A DNA stretch of 64,000 bases from Microthyrium microscopicum (Eukaryota): positions 2,582,539-2,646,538 of the forward strand of contig MU004233.1 in the NCBI GenBank assembly GCA_010405405.1. The letters run 5' to 3'. Both the position numbers and the translations under genes were made by a program. Shown piece after piece: positions 1 through 13,674 of the stretch (the stretch's first letter is position 1; every line of letters starts with the position of its first letter). Below the pieces are notes generated by a model. It was not told the origin of the DNA. It was given only the letters and a program-made list of their open reading frames with translations, and did no database searches.

Positions 1-3000
1 TTAAAAAGTATAACTCTACTTAAAGTAACTACCTAATTTATAATAAAGAGATGCTTATAATTATACTTACTCTAAAAGAATAAAACTTAGAGCTACGAGT
101 AGTAGAGAAGTTTAAAGTAATATCTAATTATAAGAACCTAGAGTATTTTATAAAACTATAGAAGCTTATAGAAAAGTATATCTAATAGTCTATTAAACTT
201 ATAAAGTATAATATAATAATTAAGTACTAATTAGGTTTATAGAATAGCGTAGTAGATAATCTTTCTTATTATAAATAAGATATACCTTAGAACGTAGTTA
301 ATAAAAAAATCTAGGCTAGAACTTTTTAACTACTTTATATCTAAAGGGATTAATTACTTAAATTACTATAAGCTTTACCTATCTATATTATTATTCTTTT
401 TATAGCAATTAAAAATAAATTAATAAAGATTCTACTAGCTAATAAAGCTCTAATCCCTAGCTTACTACTACTAATACTAAACGTCTCTAAACTATTAGTA
501 ACCTAGTAGAATAAGGTAGTATAGGCTAATAATACTTATTAAGTAGCTTATTAGATAATTAAAGCTAGTAGATAAAAGTTTTCCTTATTAATTATAAATA
601 TTAAAATCTCTATTCCTAATTACTTAATTAATAGTAAGGATTATCTTTACTAAAGAGGATAACTATAAATCCTAAATCTAGAACCTTTATAGATAGTAAT
701 ACTATAAGTAGCTTATATATTCTTAACTTAAAGCTATTCTAGCTATAAAGGTACTTATTAAGCTCTATAGCTATACTTCTTCTAGCTTAGAATTATGACT
801 AATATAAGGCGTTTTATAAGAAATTATAGTATATATAGCTAATTAAAGGTTAGTTATAAGTAGAAAAGAGGCTTTTTAAAGCTTTTATTTATCTTAAGCT
901 AATAATAATAAGAACTATTAATAGATTTTATAATAGACTTTCTTTTATTAAATAGATATATAATCTTAATAGTTATTACTAATTAGCTAAGTAAAGAAGT
1001 AATCCTAATCTCCTTTACTTAAAAAGAAGCTAAAGATATTATAGCTATTTTCTTATAATATATCTATTTCCTTTATAGTATTCTTAACGTAATTATCTAT
1101 AATTATAACCTAGTATTTATAAAAGACTTCTAGATAAAGTTTTATACATTACTATAGATAGAGCTATGACTATTAATTATATTTTATCTCTAGATAAATA
1201 GCTCTATAGAATAGCAAAACTTAGATATTAAAGCTAAAGTATAAATATATATAAATTATATATAATTAAACTAGTTCTTACTAATATTAATACTTTAACT
1301 TATATTTAACTTATAACGCTTATTTATAATAGAACTCTTACTCTTCTTTCTATCTTATAGCTTTAAAAACTCTACCTTTCTAGACTTTTCTAAGTAAGCT
1401 TTCTTATCTAAATAGAAGAATACTCTAAAAAAGAGGAAAGAAAAAGCTACTTATATAATTTTAAAAGCTATAAAATAGGCTTAAGATACTATAACTTTTA
1501 TTTAAGAAAAAATATAGGAATAAGCTAACTAAATAAGGATTTAAATACTTAAGTATAAAGTTAGTAATTAGGTTTAGCTAGACTTAAAGAATATTAAGAC
1601 TAAATAAATAAAGAAGAAATTTAATTACTATTACTCTAAGTTTTAAGTTATAAAGGTAGTAAGCTTATATATAATTATATTAAATATATTATAGAGAACT
1701 AAGAAATTTTACGTTAACCTATTTAGACTAGTAATAGATAACTTATTCTTAAGTTAAGATACTAATAATTCTTATTTATTACTAATTTTAGTTAAGGACT
1801 TAGACGAAGAAGAATAAGAGGAGTAGCTAGTAGAGGAGATTATAGCTAAAAAATATAAGAAGATAATAAAGAGTAAACTTTATATAGTTTACGTTATTAA
1901 ATAGGTAGGTTATTTAGATATAATAAAAAAACTAATTAATTTTATTAAATAGTTAGAAGCCTACGTAAAGTAGATAGAGAAAATAAAGTACGTATAAAAT
2001 AATTATAAAAGATTAGTACTAAACTAGTCTATTCTTTAAGTATAACTAAGATTAAAAACTAGCCCTTTTATTATAGTAATTAACTCTATAGAGATATAAT
2101 TAGAGGTACTATTTATAACTTATATATAAAAATACTTTTCTTTTATTTATACTAAGACCCTTTTTTCTACTAAATAAAACTAGAAAATTATAAAAATATA
2201 AGAAAACTAAAGAAATAAGATACGCCTAATAAACCTCTACTACTAAGGAAGATAAACTTAAGTAGTACTTTAAAGCATAGGAGGATTAAAGTAGATAGTT
2301 AATAGTAGAGAATTCTTATCCTTCTTAGCAACCTTCTCCTTATTATTATAAGAATACTTCTTATCTAAGCTAATATTATTATTATAAACGTAGTTTAAAT
2401 ATATATTATTATAAAATCTTAAAAGCTAAATATAACCTATATATCATAGCTAATTCTTTAAATTAGAATAGCTAATATAATAAATATAACGCTACTTTTT
2501 ATAAGTCTTATTTTACTTATTTTTAGTAAAGAATTATAAAATACTTATATAATAAATATCTAAGGCTTTAAGATAACTAACCTAGCTACTAATTAACTAA
2601 ATTATACTAAAGGAGCTCTAATAAATTATAATACTACAAACGTTAGACTACGAATTATTAGTAAATTTTTTAGAAAAGACGTTTAATAAGTTAAGACGCT
2701 TATTAGAGAAGTTAAGAGAATAGTTAGCTATAGTATAAAAAGCCTTACTTTATAAATACGTTAGTATAAATTAAGAAAGGCTAAAGAAGTATATATAATT
2801 TAGTTAATATAAAGTACTTTAAATAAAGCATAGTTTTATAAATTGTAATAGTTAATAACTATATATACCTTCTTATATTAGAGAGTAGTTAGTAGATAGG
2901 AATAAGGGTTATAAATAATATTATTCTAGTAATGAAGTAGGATTTAGTTAAGAAGGTAAAGGCCTTTATTTACGTCGTTCTAGTAGGCCTTATATATAGC

Positions 3001-3880
3001 TACCTTGTGCGTAGTAAGTAGATAAGGTTAAGGAGTATTATAGTTAGTAACGTATATATAAGGAGAGGTAATAGTAATAAAGATACAACTATTAAAACTA
3101 ATAGTATTATTAAAAGCGTTAATAATTAGGGTAGCTATCTCTATATAGTTAGTAAGGCTATAGCTACTATAACGAATAACTTACCTAATTAATTAATTAA
3201 TTAATTAGGTAAGGAAGAAGAAACTAATAAGGACTAATTAGAAGAGAAGAAGCTTATTTAAAGTATAATAAAGGAAGAATAGTTAACTCTATAGAACAAT
3301 ATTACTTTATATCCTTTAAACGTATAGATAGAAGCATAGTAACTTAATTATAGTTACGTTCTTTTAATCTTATTCTTTAATATCGTAATAAAGCTCTAAC
3401 TAAGTATAAATAAGACGACTTACTAATTAAGCAACCTTTATAGAATTATAATTAAAAAGAACTAACATTATATACTAAGAAAAGGGCCTTATACTTAGAA
3501 TTTAGTCTAAAATAGGTAAAATACTAGTATAGAACTAATAGTTAACGACTTAAGCTTTATATTTTATACTTAAAAGTAAACGTATAGATCTATACGTTGC
3601 AAATAGAAGCTTCGTCGCAAACTATAAGAATAATAAGCGTTAAACATAGCTAGATAAGATTAGGATCTTATAATTAACTTAGTATTTTAGCTAGAATTTT
3701 TTTAGACAGAGGGGGTAATATTAGGGGTTAAATCCCCTAAAGCTATACTCATTTAGGCTACTCTTATTATATATAAATACCTTAATTAAAGAGTCTCTTG
3801 ACTCTTCTTTCTCTCTAAGTTACCTTCCTATTTAGTAGGCTTATAATATAACTTGTCTCTTTGTTATCTAACTTATAACA
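1..3880 (+). mobile_element. RIP-degenerated Ty3/Gypsy (chromovirus-type) LTR retrotransposon, 3' part: RNase H, integrase, chromodomain, PPT, 3' LTR
   Basis: Very AT-rich, TpA-enriched, no ORFs. Reversing C>T/G>A changes recovers DHKNLEYF (~125-150, RNase H), HPGHKGT (~735-755, integrase zinc region), KRGFLKPL (~865-890), and EEWLVEEI...YVIKWVGY (~1820-1915, chromodomain). Confidence 0.88.
3719..3880 (+). repeat. 3' LTR of the Gypsy element (~162 bp)
   Basis: Preceded by polypurine tract agacagagggggtaa (3704-3718). Starts TATTA (RIP form of TGTTA) and ends TAACA, i.e. TG...CA termini with a short inverted repeat. Confidence 0.75.
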
Positions 3881-5476
3881 CTAAGATTAAGTATCTATTA
3901 TCGCTTAAAAGGAGTTAAAGGTCATAAAACTATATATTCCTTATATTAAAAACTATTTATTACTAAGGAATTAGAAGTCTGCTAATAAATTTTAAGTAAG
4001 GAATTTGCTAGTTTACCTCCTACGTATATTTAAATTAAAGATTTTACCTAAGGCATTCTTTAGTAGCAAATTCTAGAGGCCTTTTTAGGCGTAAATTAGA
4101 TTAAATCGTTTAAAAAAAGAAATCCTAAGGTCCTATAGATTATAGCTCGTTAAATTAATAAATAATAAGTCAATAGTACTACCGTTAAAGCTATTTTAGA
4201 CTATTTTAATCGCCTTAAAAGAGCTATTTCTTTTCTAAAGGTTAAAGTAGCAAATATCTATAATTTTAATAAGATAGAAATATGCTTAGGCATAACGAGT
4301 TAAGAGGTAGTTATAGTTAGTAGGCAAACCGCTAAAAACTATAAGAAAGGGGATTACTTTATAGTAGAAAATGGTAGTTATAAAAATATATTAATTTTAG
4401 AAACTATATTAGCTACTAGCTTTATTTCTTCTTATCTAGCTATCTATAAAGGTAAATTGGTTCTAGACTATTAGTTTCCTCCTTAATATAAAGAAGAACT
4501 ACTTTAAAAAGGCTATAAATTTATAGCTATAGTTAATAGTTAGACATTAAATTAACTAGGTAAAGAATAGCTTAATTAGATCTTTATTTTATAAACAACT
4601 CTGTTAGATCTAAAGGAATAGTGGATTTTAATCTATAATAACTATAGTAACTATGCTATACCTAAATTTTAATATAAATATATTAAAAATCTTATTTAAA
4701 TTGTCTATTTACTACTATATTCCTCTTATAGAACTTAGCCTTTAGATATTAGCATTTTTAGACCTTTAAAATAATATTTTTTAACTAAACTTAATAGATC
4801 TTCTTTAGCTTCTTCTTTAGCTCTTATTTAGAAAAGAATCTTTATTTAGATTTATATAAAAGTACGTTAAAAAGCCTTTATAAAGAAGAACTATAAGTCT
4901 ATCTTTAAAGCAACTAGAATTTAGCCCCTTAATTAATATTAAGTTCTTCGTTATATTCTATAGACTACTTAAAATCCTTTAGAGATAGATCCTATACAAA
5001 ATATACTTATTTAGACTCCTTTAGCTTCTTTTCCTACTTTAGAAAGGCTTCTTTTTAGCTTAAGAATAAAGTAAGTAGTTATGCGTTCTATTTAGTAAGA
5101 GATGAGTAAGATCTCTATAAAGAACTACGCTCTATAATAGTAAGTAAATACTCTTTAAAATTAAGTTTCTATACTTTAGTTAGCTCTAAAACAAAGCTAG
5201 AGAAAGAAGAGAAATTATAATACGAAGATAGATAACAAAAAGCAAATTATGCTTAATTACGCGACGAATGCTTTAAAGAACGCTTTAAAAGTAATTGCGC
5301 TTAGAATCAAAAAAGTAAAGATATAGAAATTAGGTCTTAAAATTAAGCTAAATCTAGTAATTTAAATTATTTAATTATATTATGTTTTGATTGTTTTATG
5401 CTTTAGTGATTATGATCTAATTATTGCTTTTTGCATGGGCCAGAAAGGGGTGGGGCCAGATCTAGGTGGACCACGT
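3881..5476 (+). mobile_element. RIP-degenerated Fot1/pogo (Tc1-mariner superfamily) DDE transposon, 3' part
   Basis: De-RIP reading gives GVNWIKSFKKRNP (~4090-4125), YNFDETG (~4258), ETISATG, AIYKGK, NGWT, LICDGHGSH (~4628-4653), LPPHSSHRTQPLDVGIFGPL (~4710-4768) and FKATGIWPL (~4904-4930). Ends in ...ggtggaccacgt followed by TA. Confidence 0.88.
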
Positions 5477-5478
5477 TA
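5435..5478 (+). repeat. Terminal inverted repeat of the Fot1/pogo element plus TA target site
   Basis: GC-rich gggccagaaaggggtggggccagatctaggtggaccacgt|TA with an internal direct repeat (gggccaga x2). An ACGT terminus and TA target are typical of this family. Marks the sharp AT-to-GC boundary. Confidence 0.7.
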
Positions 5479-5833
5479 GTGTTGGAGTCAGTGACGTCAA
5501 CGATCTCCAGGAACAATGGAGCATCATCGCGCGTCCAGAATATGAATGCACATCTGCTAGTTCTTCCAAATCCCTTGGCGATCGTCAACCTTCACTGGAA
5601 CCATTCTGCTTCTATCCACTAACCAGTAACCACTCACACTAAGAGGTACTTTAGCCGCTGAACCGGTGACATCGTCTCCCGTCGGTTCCGTTTTGCTTGG
5701 TCCCAATCCCCCAGTTATGACATGCGCCATCCCCCGACTCTCTTCCCTTCGCCTTTTAACCTTTCCATAATCATTGCGGCGCAGTTTTCCTTGACTACTG
5801 GGAGCCATTGTCGACACGCGAACTAATATCATC

Positions 5834-7995
5834 ATGTCTAACTTTGCTGCAACCGCCGCTCATCTAGCTAACAGCAATCGCAAGCAGACGTCACCAAAGG
5901 AACCAGATCTCACTCCATCATCATCAGCTCGTTCTGCAGCCGCGCATGCTAAACCCAAGTCTACCAATGCCACACCAACTCAATCAACGCCCAGCACGTT
6001 GGGAACAGCCAGCTCAAGAGCCGCATTGCTCGCACATTCCACGAGAGCCCAACCACACAATGCCTCAGTACCTGCGCCAGTTACCAAATCAGAAGGACCA
6101 ACGAGTCAAGAAAAGGCACTGCTTGCTGCGACGAAGTCCTTCAAGAACCAGCAACCATCTCATAATAAGCCAGTGTCTGCTTCAGGACAGCGAGACGCAA
6201 ACATTGCACAGAAAAGGATCGAAGCCCGTCGCCAGGAATCAGAAAAACGAGGCAGTAGAATCATAAACATTGCGCCAGAAATGTTGACTCAACATCCGCC
6301 AATTCGGATGGAACGGGAAGAAAAGGCGCACAAGGAGAAACTGCATTCGGATGCAGTAGCTTTGGCCAAGCAGGCTTTTGCTAAACAACAGCAATCGAGA
6401 GACCGGCCATTGACTGCACCATCATCTGGGTCACGCTCACTTGCGGGGACAGATAGTAGACATAACGCAATCCAGTATCTTTCATTGCAAGAGACTGCTC
6501 AGCGAATGGCAGCCGATCGACTACAGAAAATAGAGGACGACAATCCAAAGTCTATGCAAAGTTACTATGGCTATGCACCGGTACAGCGATCGAAATCTCA
6601 GCGCCTGATCCGCAAAGCATTACCTCGTGGACGGACTCCAAGTGAATCTCAGGATGTCGCTGACTCTCATCGCATAAGATCGCAAATGACTTCACTACAA
6701 GCTCAGATCAATCAAGTCGATGAGTCTAGGCAGGAGCAAGATCGACAACGGCTACTGGCTTTCGCACAAAACAAAGTGCGAGGTGACATGCAGAAAATTG
6801 ATGAGATGGTATTCAAGGACACGGGCAAAATGTCGCCAGCTATGATGAGTGATTGGGATTCAAAAGCACGAGCTCGCATACGAGAGAAACGCGTGCTTGA
6901 AAAAACTCAACCAGATGATGCTATTGATGTCGGAGGTGGGAAGTTGTTAGATAGGTCCGAAATTGATGAGCTTGCTGCGGCGAGGGTCAAGCCGACGTTG
7001 GCTGGCATTGATGAAAGGGTAAGATTTCCATACGTGCAAACATGCTACAAAATTCCAGACTAACAAAATTGCAGGTCGGCCAGCGAAGAGCAGAGGATGA
7101 AGCAAATCGCATTGCTCACGAGGAGAAGAAAGAGCACGCAGCACAAGAAAAGCAGAGAAAAAGAGACGAGAAGTTGCATAAGAAGGAAGCTCGAAAATTA
7201 GAACGAGCCTCTGGAACACACCAGAATGATAATGATACTCACGAAAGCACGAACGACGATGAAGAAATCCCTGAAGATGACCATCAAGACTCGCGCTGGA
7301 AACGCCTATCCGGATTGCACACCCCTCTCAACATTCGTCGCAAACTACATCGCCAGAACAAAGAACACGATACCTCCGATGATGACAACTCCTCAGCCAA
7401 GAAAGCTGGCGTCTGGAAACGTCTCTCACACGCCAAAGCTCCCAGTAGTGTTGAGGATGAACCGTCGCCTAAATCGCCAAAACGCTTTTCTGGCCTCATG
7501 AAGTTAGGACGCAAATCAGCCTCATCACCAGCCTCATCACCAATTCCTTCGCCTGCGCTCTCTGCGCAGCACGAGGCGGCTTTCTACTCTGCCTCTTCCT
7601 TATCACCAGAGTCGCCCCCTCTCACTAATGCGAATGCACCCAAAACAGAGGCATCCAACCCGAACGTAATCAAGCTGGACGCGCCAAAGACAGAGACCCC
7701 CCACAGCAAATTCAAAACCGCAGTTGCCAAACTTCTTGTTCAATCCAACCCAGATACAAACGGATCTGCATCTGAAGCAGACAAAAGCTTTGAGCCTCCC
7801 ACCCGCCCAGTCATCTCAGCTCCACTCCCAGACTCCCTCGAAGTGCACCATATGGGCTCTGAACTGCCATCACCAGCACCCGGGACGTCTGTATCTTCTA
7901 TCAATGCAGCAGGCGATGAAGAGCTCCGCGAAAGGGAACGCATCGATAAACTCGCAGGGATCCACCAAGCCTCAAAGTTCAAAGAGGAGATGTAG
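5834..7995 (+). CDS. Eisosome protein 1 (Eis1/DUF3812)-like protein; exons 5834-7018 and 7075-7995
   Basis: Two ORFs are joined in frame by intron 7019-7074 (gtaaga...ctaac...gcag). Family-like segment RIRSQM...IDVGGGKLLDRSEIDELAAARVKPTL followed by a coiled coil. Confidence 0.75.
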
Positions 7996-8139
7996 TAAAC
8001 GCTAGCGTCTGATTTAAAGATATGAGAGAGAAGAAATAATTAATTAATTTGAGAGTTTATGAATACAGTTCCAAAGTCCAACGCTAGTCATTACGCTCAG
8101 AAACGCCGTGCAAATCGTCCAGTCGATTAAGAATTCAAA

Positions 8140-9101
8140 TCAAAAATACGTCTTCGCAATCTCATAAAAATCTACCTCAGCACCCCTCCTCTCCTCATCA
8201 ATCGTCTCTACCGCCCTAGTCAACTCCCTCCGATAAATCCTTCGAAGCGCGCTGTAGTGCGTTGGATCGTTGAATGTGCTGCCTATGCCCCAGCCGATGG
8301 GCAAGCTGAGGCGGAGTTTGCTGGCTGGATCTATTACAACGATAGCATCCAATGGTGCTTGACAGCCTGCGATCGGCTGCAGTAGTCCGAGACTTGAGAA
8401 GACGGTTGGTGGGTTGGTAGATGGTTCGATGGCTGGAAGGACGATTGGGAGACGTGTTGAGAGGGTATTGGCGATGGTCATTGAGGAGCAGACGGTGAAT
8501 GCTTGGAGGTTTGGTGAGGTTGTCCATAAGGTTGGGAGGATATCACTGAAGATTGTTAGAGATAAACTGAGGGAACTGCTGCAGTCATTGAGGTATTTAG
8601 AAAACGGTATACGTGAGACTGATACGAGTGTATGTGGAATGTAACCTGATATGCAATCGGACTCATGACTTTTGGAATTGATATTGATTGTCTTCATGTT
8701 GGAAATAAAGATATCTTGTCAATCTCAACCCGATGGGTAACGTCCAAACTATTATTCAACCGCACTAGATCTCAGAAAAAAAATGAAACTCACCATAAAA
8801 AGTGCAAATGACTTTCCTGGCTCCCGACAACAGCTAAAACAATTATACTCTTCTTCCCATCATACCTGGTAAAATTATTTCCCGACACTTGACCAGGCGC
8901 TACATTAGGCATATTCGTCTTTGCCTCCAGTAACGCCTCTACATCAAAGTCCCAAGCGTCGTGAGCTCTTTTCAGTAATGTAGGCTCTTCGACCTGACTG
9001 TACTGATCATATCCGCCATGATCCGGTGAGTCCGTTGTGCGACGACTCACTCGTCGCGGCGAACTGGTGCTGAACGAGTAACTAGATCCTGGTGTTGACA
9101 T
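8140..9101 (-). CDS. Hypothetical protein, probably spliced (5' exon from 9101, 3' exon to 8140); exon junctions unresolved
   Basis: ORF MSTPGSSYSFS... ends at a gtgagt donor (~8793). Downstream ORF 8140-8697 contains AIVVIDPASKLRLSLPIGWG. I could not find a clean in-frame acceptor. Confidence 0.45.
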
Positions 9102-9941
9102 GATGAACAGAAGTAAAAGAGATATGTATACTAGTATTAATGAAGAATAAGGCTGAGTGGCGAAAGATGGCAGCTTGATTGATTTTATATATAACTGATC
9201 TTCCATACCTTTAAGCATAAAAAGTATATACACTATGTAAGAGGAGCTCTATTTTCTGTAGGCTAACGCGGTCCAAGCTACAATCTGACAGGGCAAGGCT
9301 GGTCAATCTCTCCTAGAATAGGAGTCATACTAACATTAACAGCTGATGTTCTGCATAATGACGGTTGAAGAGGGATTGTTTACGGTAGTTGTTGCTATAT
9401 ACGGTATGGGCTTAGTAAGATCTGGAGTAGAGTAGTATCCGATGATAGGCACGCGATTGAATTGTATCCGATATGCGGCTGATTAGTTATGTTGGCTTTC
9501 GGTTCAATGGTGGTTACATGGGATGTCGTTGAGGAGAGGGGGCGGATGGGCAACTGGTTGGCGAGTATGGCGCGCGCTTGTCATGGAGGATGATGCCTTG
9601 TATCGTAGCCTTTACTTGATATATTACTTCTCCAAATAAATTCCATGATAACGATATGGATGGTGGTTGGTATGATGAGTTGAGAAGGTAGGCACGCAAG
9701 CACGTTGCACCCCGGTCCCCACGTTACACCTCCAACAACACCTCCATCTCCCTGCCCGTATAGGCAACTTCATCCTTCTAGAGCTTTAGCTTGAGGTCGT
9801 TTGCTGCCAAAGCTATCGTCTGAACCTACCAGTACTTTCTCAGAGTTCCTTCTCATAATCCATAGCACATCTCCATCCAAACAAACAACCGACCCCTCAT
9901 CGAACCACCATGTCTTCATCCCCCACCAAACATAACCGGAT

Positions 9942-11030
9942 ATGACCAGTCCCCGAACTCTCCAGACTCTACGCTCCAACGTCTGGGCTGGCCGTGTCCC
10001 TCTCGACATCCGCCTCGCCAGCGGAGACTGCAAGACATATGACCAGTCAGATGCCTACATGGTACGCGCTCCCAAATCTTCTCTCCCCACTTCCGACTGA
10101 CACGCTATTTGTAGATACTTGCGCCTCGAATCTCATACCTTCCACTCCTACTCCCACGTCTCTTTGCTTTCTTCCAATCCAGTCTCATCGAACCAGATAC
10201 AAATTCAAGCCAAGGCTGGTTCTCCTTCGAAGGCATACCTCTCAAATGGCCGTTCCCCATCGGTCTACTTTATGACCTATACTCCGGCGCCAAAGAACGG
10301 CTCGTAGAAGAGACTACCGGCAAAGAAGCACTCCCAGTAGATGGAACCACAGCCGGCACGCTGCCTTGGCGGTTGACGCTACACGTTTCTGGATGGCCTA
10401 AAGAGTCGCTGATTCCATTGGACGAAGGAGGCAAGATATTGCAGGATGCGTTCAACAACAGTGTCAAGGAGGTATGTGTGGTAGTTTTAAGGAGTTTGGT
10501 ACCAAGCTGATGAGTTACAGGCCAGCCATGTTAGACATGGGTCAGCAAAAGTCATCATGTCTCTCGGCAAAGACGCAACAGAACAGCTATGGGAAGCCGT
10601 GCAGAAAGTCGACGTCACACTGTATGCCAATGCAAGCCAACAGCTAGTAAGGCGACGAGCGGATGCGTTGAAACATGTGCCTATCAAGGTCTATTTGCCT
10701 GGAATGCCCTTGGATAGTAGCCAAGGGGATCAAACGCCTGGACACTTGAAAATCGTATTGGGTTTGATCAAACCTGTTTTGGCGACAAGTACGTTATTGC
10801 AACCTGTCAGATCGAAGTAAACTAATATAGATATAGGACAGCCACAGACGCTTGGTACAGCTTTGAATACTCTCATTCCAGCTTTGTTTCCAAGTAGACG
10901 TAGTCCATTGTTGGCTTACCCAATTCTTCACGGCGCGATAGTACCGCTTGCTGTGGGTATTGAGGAGTTGGCTGAGTATGCTGCTTATGCAGACGGATTT
11001 CTGCATATTGCTATCGCAATGATGGGCTGA
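9942..11030 (+). CDS. ATG5: Autophagy protein 5; 3 introns (~10062-10114, ~10472-10520, ~10788-10837)
   Basis: Spliced translation: VWAGRVPLDIRL..., PRISYLPLLLPRL, GWFSFEGIPLKWPFPIGLLYDL, TLPWRLTLH, DAFNNSVKEA, GQPQTLGTAL...LHGAIVPL...YADGFLHI. Confidence 0.95.
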
Positions 11031-11322
11031 TAGTGAATAAACTAAACATTTCATACACAAAATACTGAAGTGGGTCCATCAAGTATTATCATAAGATAAA
11101 GACAGAAATAAGTCCTATCGAGAGGTGTTCCGTCTTTCCTGTGTAGATGCTCAGTACTATCCTATCGTCGAATCAGACGGCTTAGAGAAGGATTGACAAG
11201 GATTTACATGGAGAAAGCACAAGAAAACAAAAATATGAGGAGCCAATGAGGCTGATAGGAGCGCGCCAATTATTCTGTCGTCCCGTTGCTCGGTATAATC
11301 TGTTGCGGAAACTATGGTCTCG

Positions 11323-11331
11323 TCAGGCTGA
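11323..11331. promoter_or_regulatory. TCAGGCTGA palindrome ~380 bp upstream of the HET gene
   Basis: Exact match in intergenic DNA; recurs upstream of other accessory genes. Confidence 0.6.
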
Positions 11332-11705
11332 GGCTGTGCCAGGTTGACAACAGCTGGCTGATCAACAAGGCAGGTTAGCTCGCCTGCAGGTATGTATGTA
11401 TGCCGCGGCGCAGCACCTTCTGAATCCTTTCGATGGCTATAACAACCTGATAGGCCCATAAATGTGAAGATCCCAAATACCGGCGTTCATCTTCACCCTG
11501 ATTACCAACCACTAAGCAATCAGACACGACAACTTTATTCCTCAAATTCAAAACGTCTCTCCAGCGTATATGAAAGGCAGTTATGCTCAAGAAAAAAGCT
11601 TCGGTTGATTTGGTACTGAATCTCGTCCTGCATCGTGCCAGATCAGAGGGCCAAAAGCTGTAGAACGTATGCTGACATTGGCAGGACAAGAACGCTTCTA
11701 GCAAG

Positions 11706-13674
11706 ATGATATCGATTGATAATAATATCGACCCGCCACCATCACTAAATCTTCCTGGGGAAATCGATGTCATCGGGCAAGAAGAAGCCGCTTGTACTTC
11801 TTGCCAAAACTTTGAGATTGATCTTTGGTGGCCTCCTTGGCATGAAATTGTCGGTGCCCGAGATCGAGGTTGTGCATATTGCTCGTTACTCCTAGATGTA
11901 GCATCATCATTTGGACTCTGGCCGGGGGATGTCGTTGAGGATTACAGAATATCCTGTTCAGTCCAATCGTGGCTTGATACCATAGTTCTGAGGCAGTCAG
12001 CCCAGTCAGATGCTGGTACACCAGTCGCAATATATCGCGCGAAGTCAGGTAAGTGGAAATCTGTTTTGTACTATCAGACTCGCTCACAAGATTATGGCAG
12101 ATCAAGAAGACTCGCATCTTCATAAACGATTACGGACACTTCCTGTCCTTGCGTCGCACTCCAATAGTGAAGATACGTATGTCTTCATTCAGAAACAGCT
12201 CGCGGAGTGTATTGAGTCTCACCCCGAATGCTCATCAAGAGGATCTGTTTCTCTGCCACTTAGAGTTCTGGACCTTTCGGCTGGACTCGATAGTATTAAG
12301 CTCGTCGTTGATCCACCGCGCTTAGGTGTTTTTGCAGCTCTATCCTACTGCTGGGGAGATATTGGAAAGCACCCGGACCGAATGCTCACGAAGGATTCGA
12401 TTACCGCCATGCAACAAAACATATCATGGACGAGTCTATTTCCGCTATTTAGAGATGCCGTCACTATAGCCACGAAGCTGAACATACCATATCTCTGGAT
12501 CGATTGCTTGTGCATAATTCAGGACGACTCCCAAGACTGGGAACTGGAGTCTTCCAAGATGGCCGACTACTATGGCAATGCATTAATTACCATCTCGGCC
12601 GACTGCAACATTAGTCCGGAGCAACCACTTCTTGCTATTCGAGACGAATGGTGGAGGGCAAGAACCTTTCTCTTGAAAGGCTCTGGGCAACACTTTTACG
12701 CTAGACGATTGCATAGTAGTCTGCGCAACAAATGGACACTGCATACCAATCCACTAGCTGCACGTGGTTGGGCGTGGCAAGAAAATTTGATATCACGTCG
12801 CGTTATTCACTATCTAGACAGCGAGGTGGTCTGGGAGTGTCGCAGATTATCTCGATCCGAGGATGGATTTCTAGACTCCAGCCAACTCTGGGGCCGTTAC
12901 ACACAAACGCCATATGATCTATGTCAAGCTTTCGCTGGGATGGCAACGTCCCCAGCCAAGCAGTGGCTCAAGTGTATTGAAACATTCTCGGGGCGATTGC
13001 TGACCTACGAGAAAGATCGACTTCCAGCTATCAGTGGTATAGCCAAAATAATGCACGAAAAGTTGGGCGCGGAATATCTTGCTGGTTTATGGCGGAGTTC
13101 TCTCATAGAAGGCATGATGTGGAATACGTTAAGTCTTTCGCGAGCCTACGTCCCGAACTCTAACCCCTCGTGGTCTTGGAGCTCTGTTGCAGGAAAAATA
13201 ACATACAATCGCTGGTCCTCCTTCGAACCTCATACTGAGGCGGTGGTTTTGGAGGCTGAGTGCTCCATATTGGGATTGAATCCGTTCGGCGAAGTCACAG
13301 GTGGATATTTGAAAATCCAATGCCTGTTCTCGGTTGGGACCTTGGAACCTCATAATGGACGCAGTTGGTTTGGACGTCTCCGGGGCAGTACCTCCGGCAG
13401 CATCATATTTGACTGTGCGCTTGAGGTAATCGAGCTGTGCAATCTGTGTGGCGAGGTGTCCGTTGGAAGGTCGACTGATCCTTCGTCAAAACTCTCTCGT
13501 CCTATCCGCGTTTTTTACATCATAATAGGCAAAGAGACTGATGGTGAAAGATGCTTTGGCCTACTCTTGGGGAAGTCTCCGATCGTGGATGGAGCATACA
13601 CACGGATTGGTTTCTTACATCACTTGAAGGAAAGCGAACATGACATGAGCATCCAGACTATAACAATAGTATGA
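11706..13674 (+). CDS. HET-domain (heterokaryon incompatibility, PF06985-type) protein; intron ~12049-12100
   Basis: LPLRVLDL, FAALSYCWG, FRDAVTI...YLWIDCLCIIQDD...ESSKMADYY, RGWAWQE, DRLPAISGIA, YLAGLW, PSWSWSS. N-terminal CxxC...CxxC exon. Confidence 0.93.

Noticed and set aside
3721..3740. ttaggggttaaatcccctaa as a telomere-like repeat
   Set aside because: A single short hairpin at the LTR start, not a tandem TTAGGG array.
1..5430. AT-rich block as organellar or foreign DNA, or a centromere
   Set aside because: Composition is explained by RIP on recognisable TE motifs. Centromere status cannot be judged from this window.
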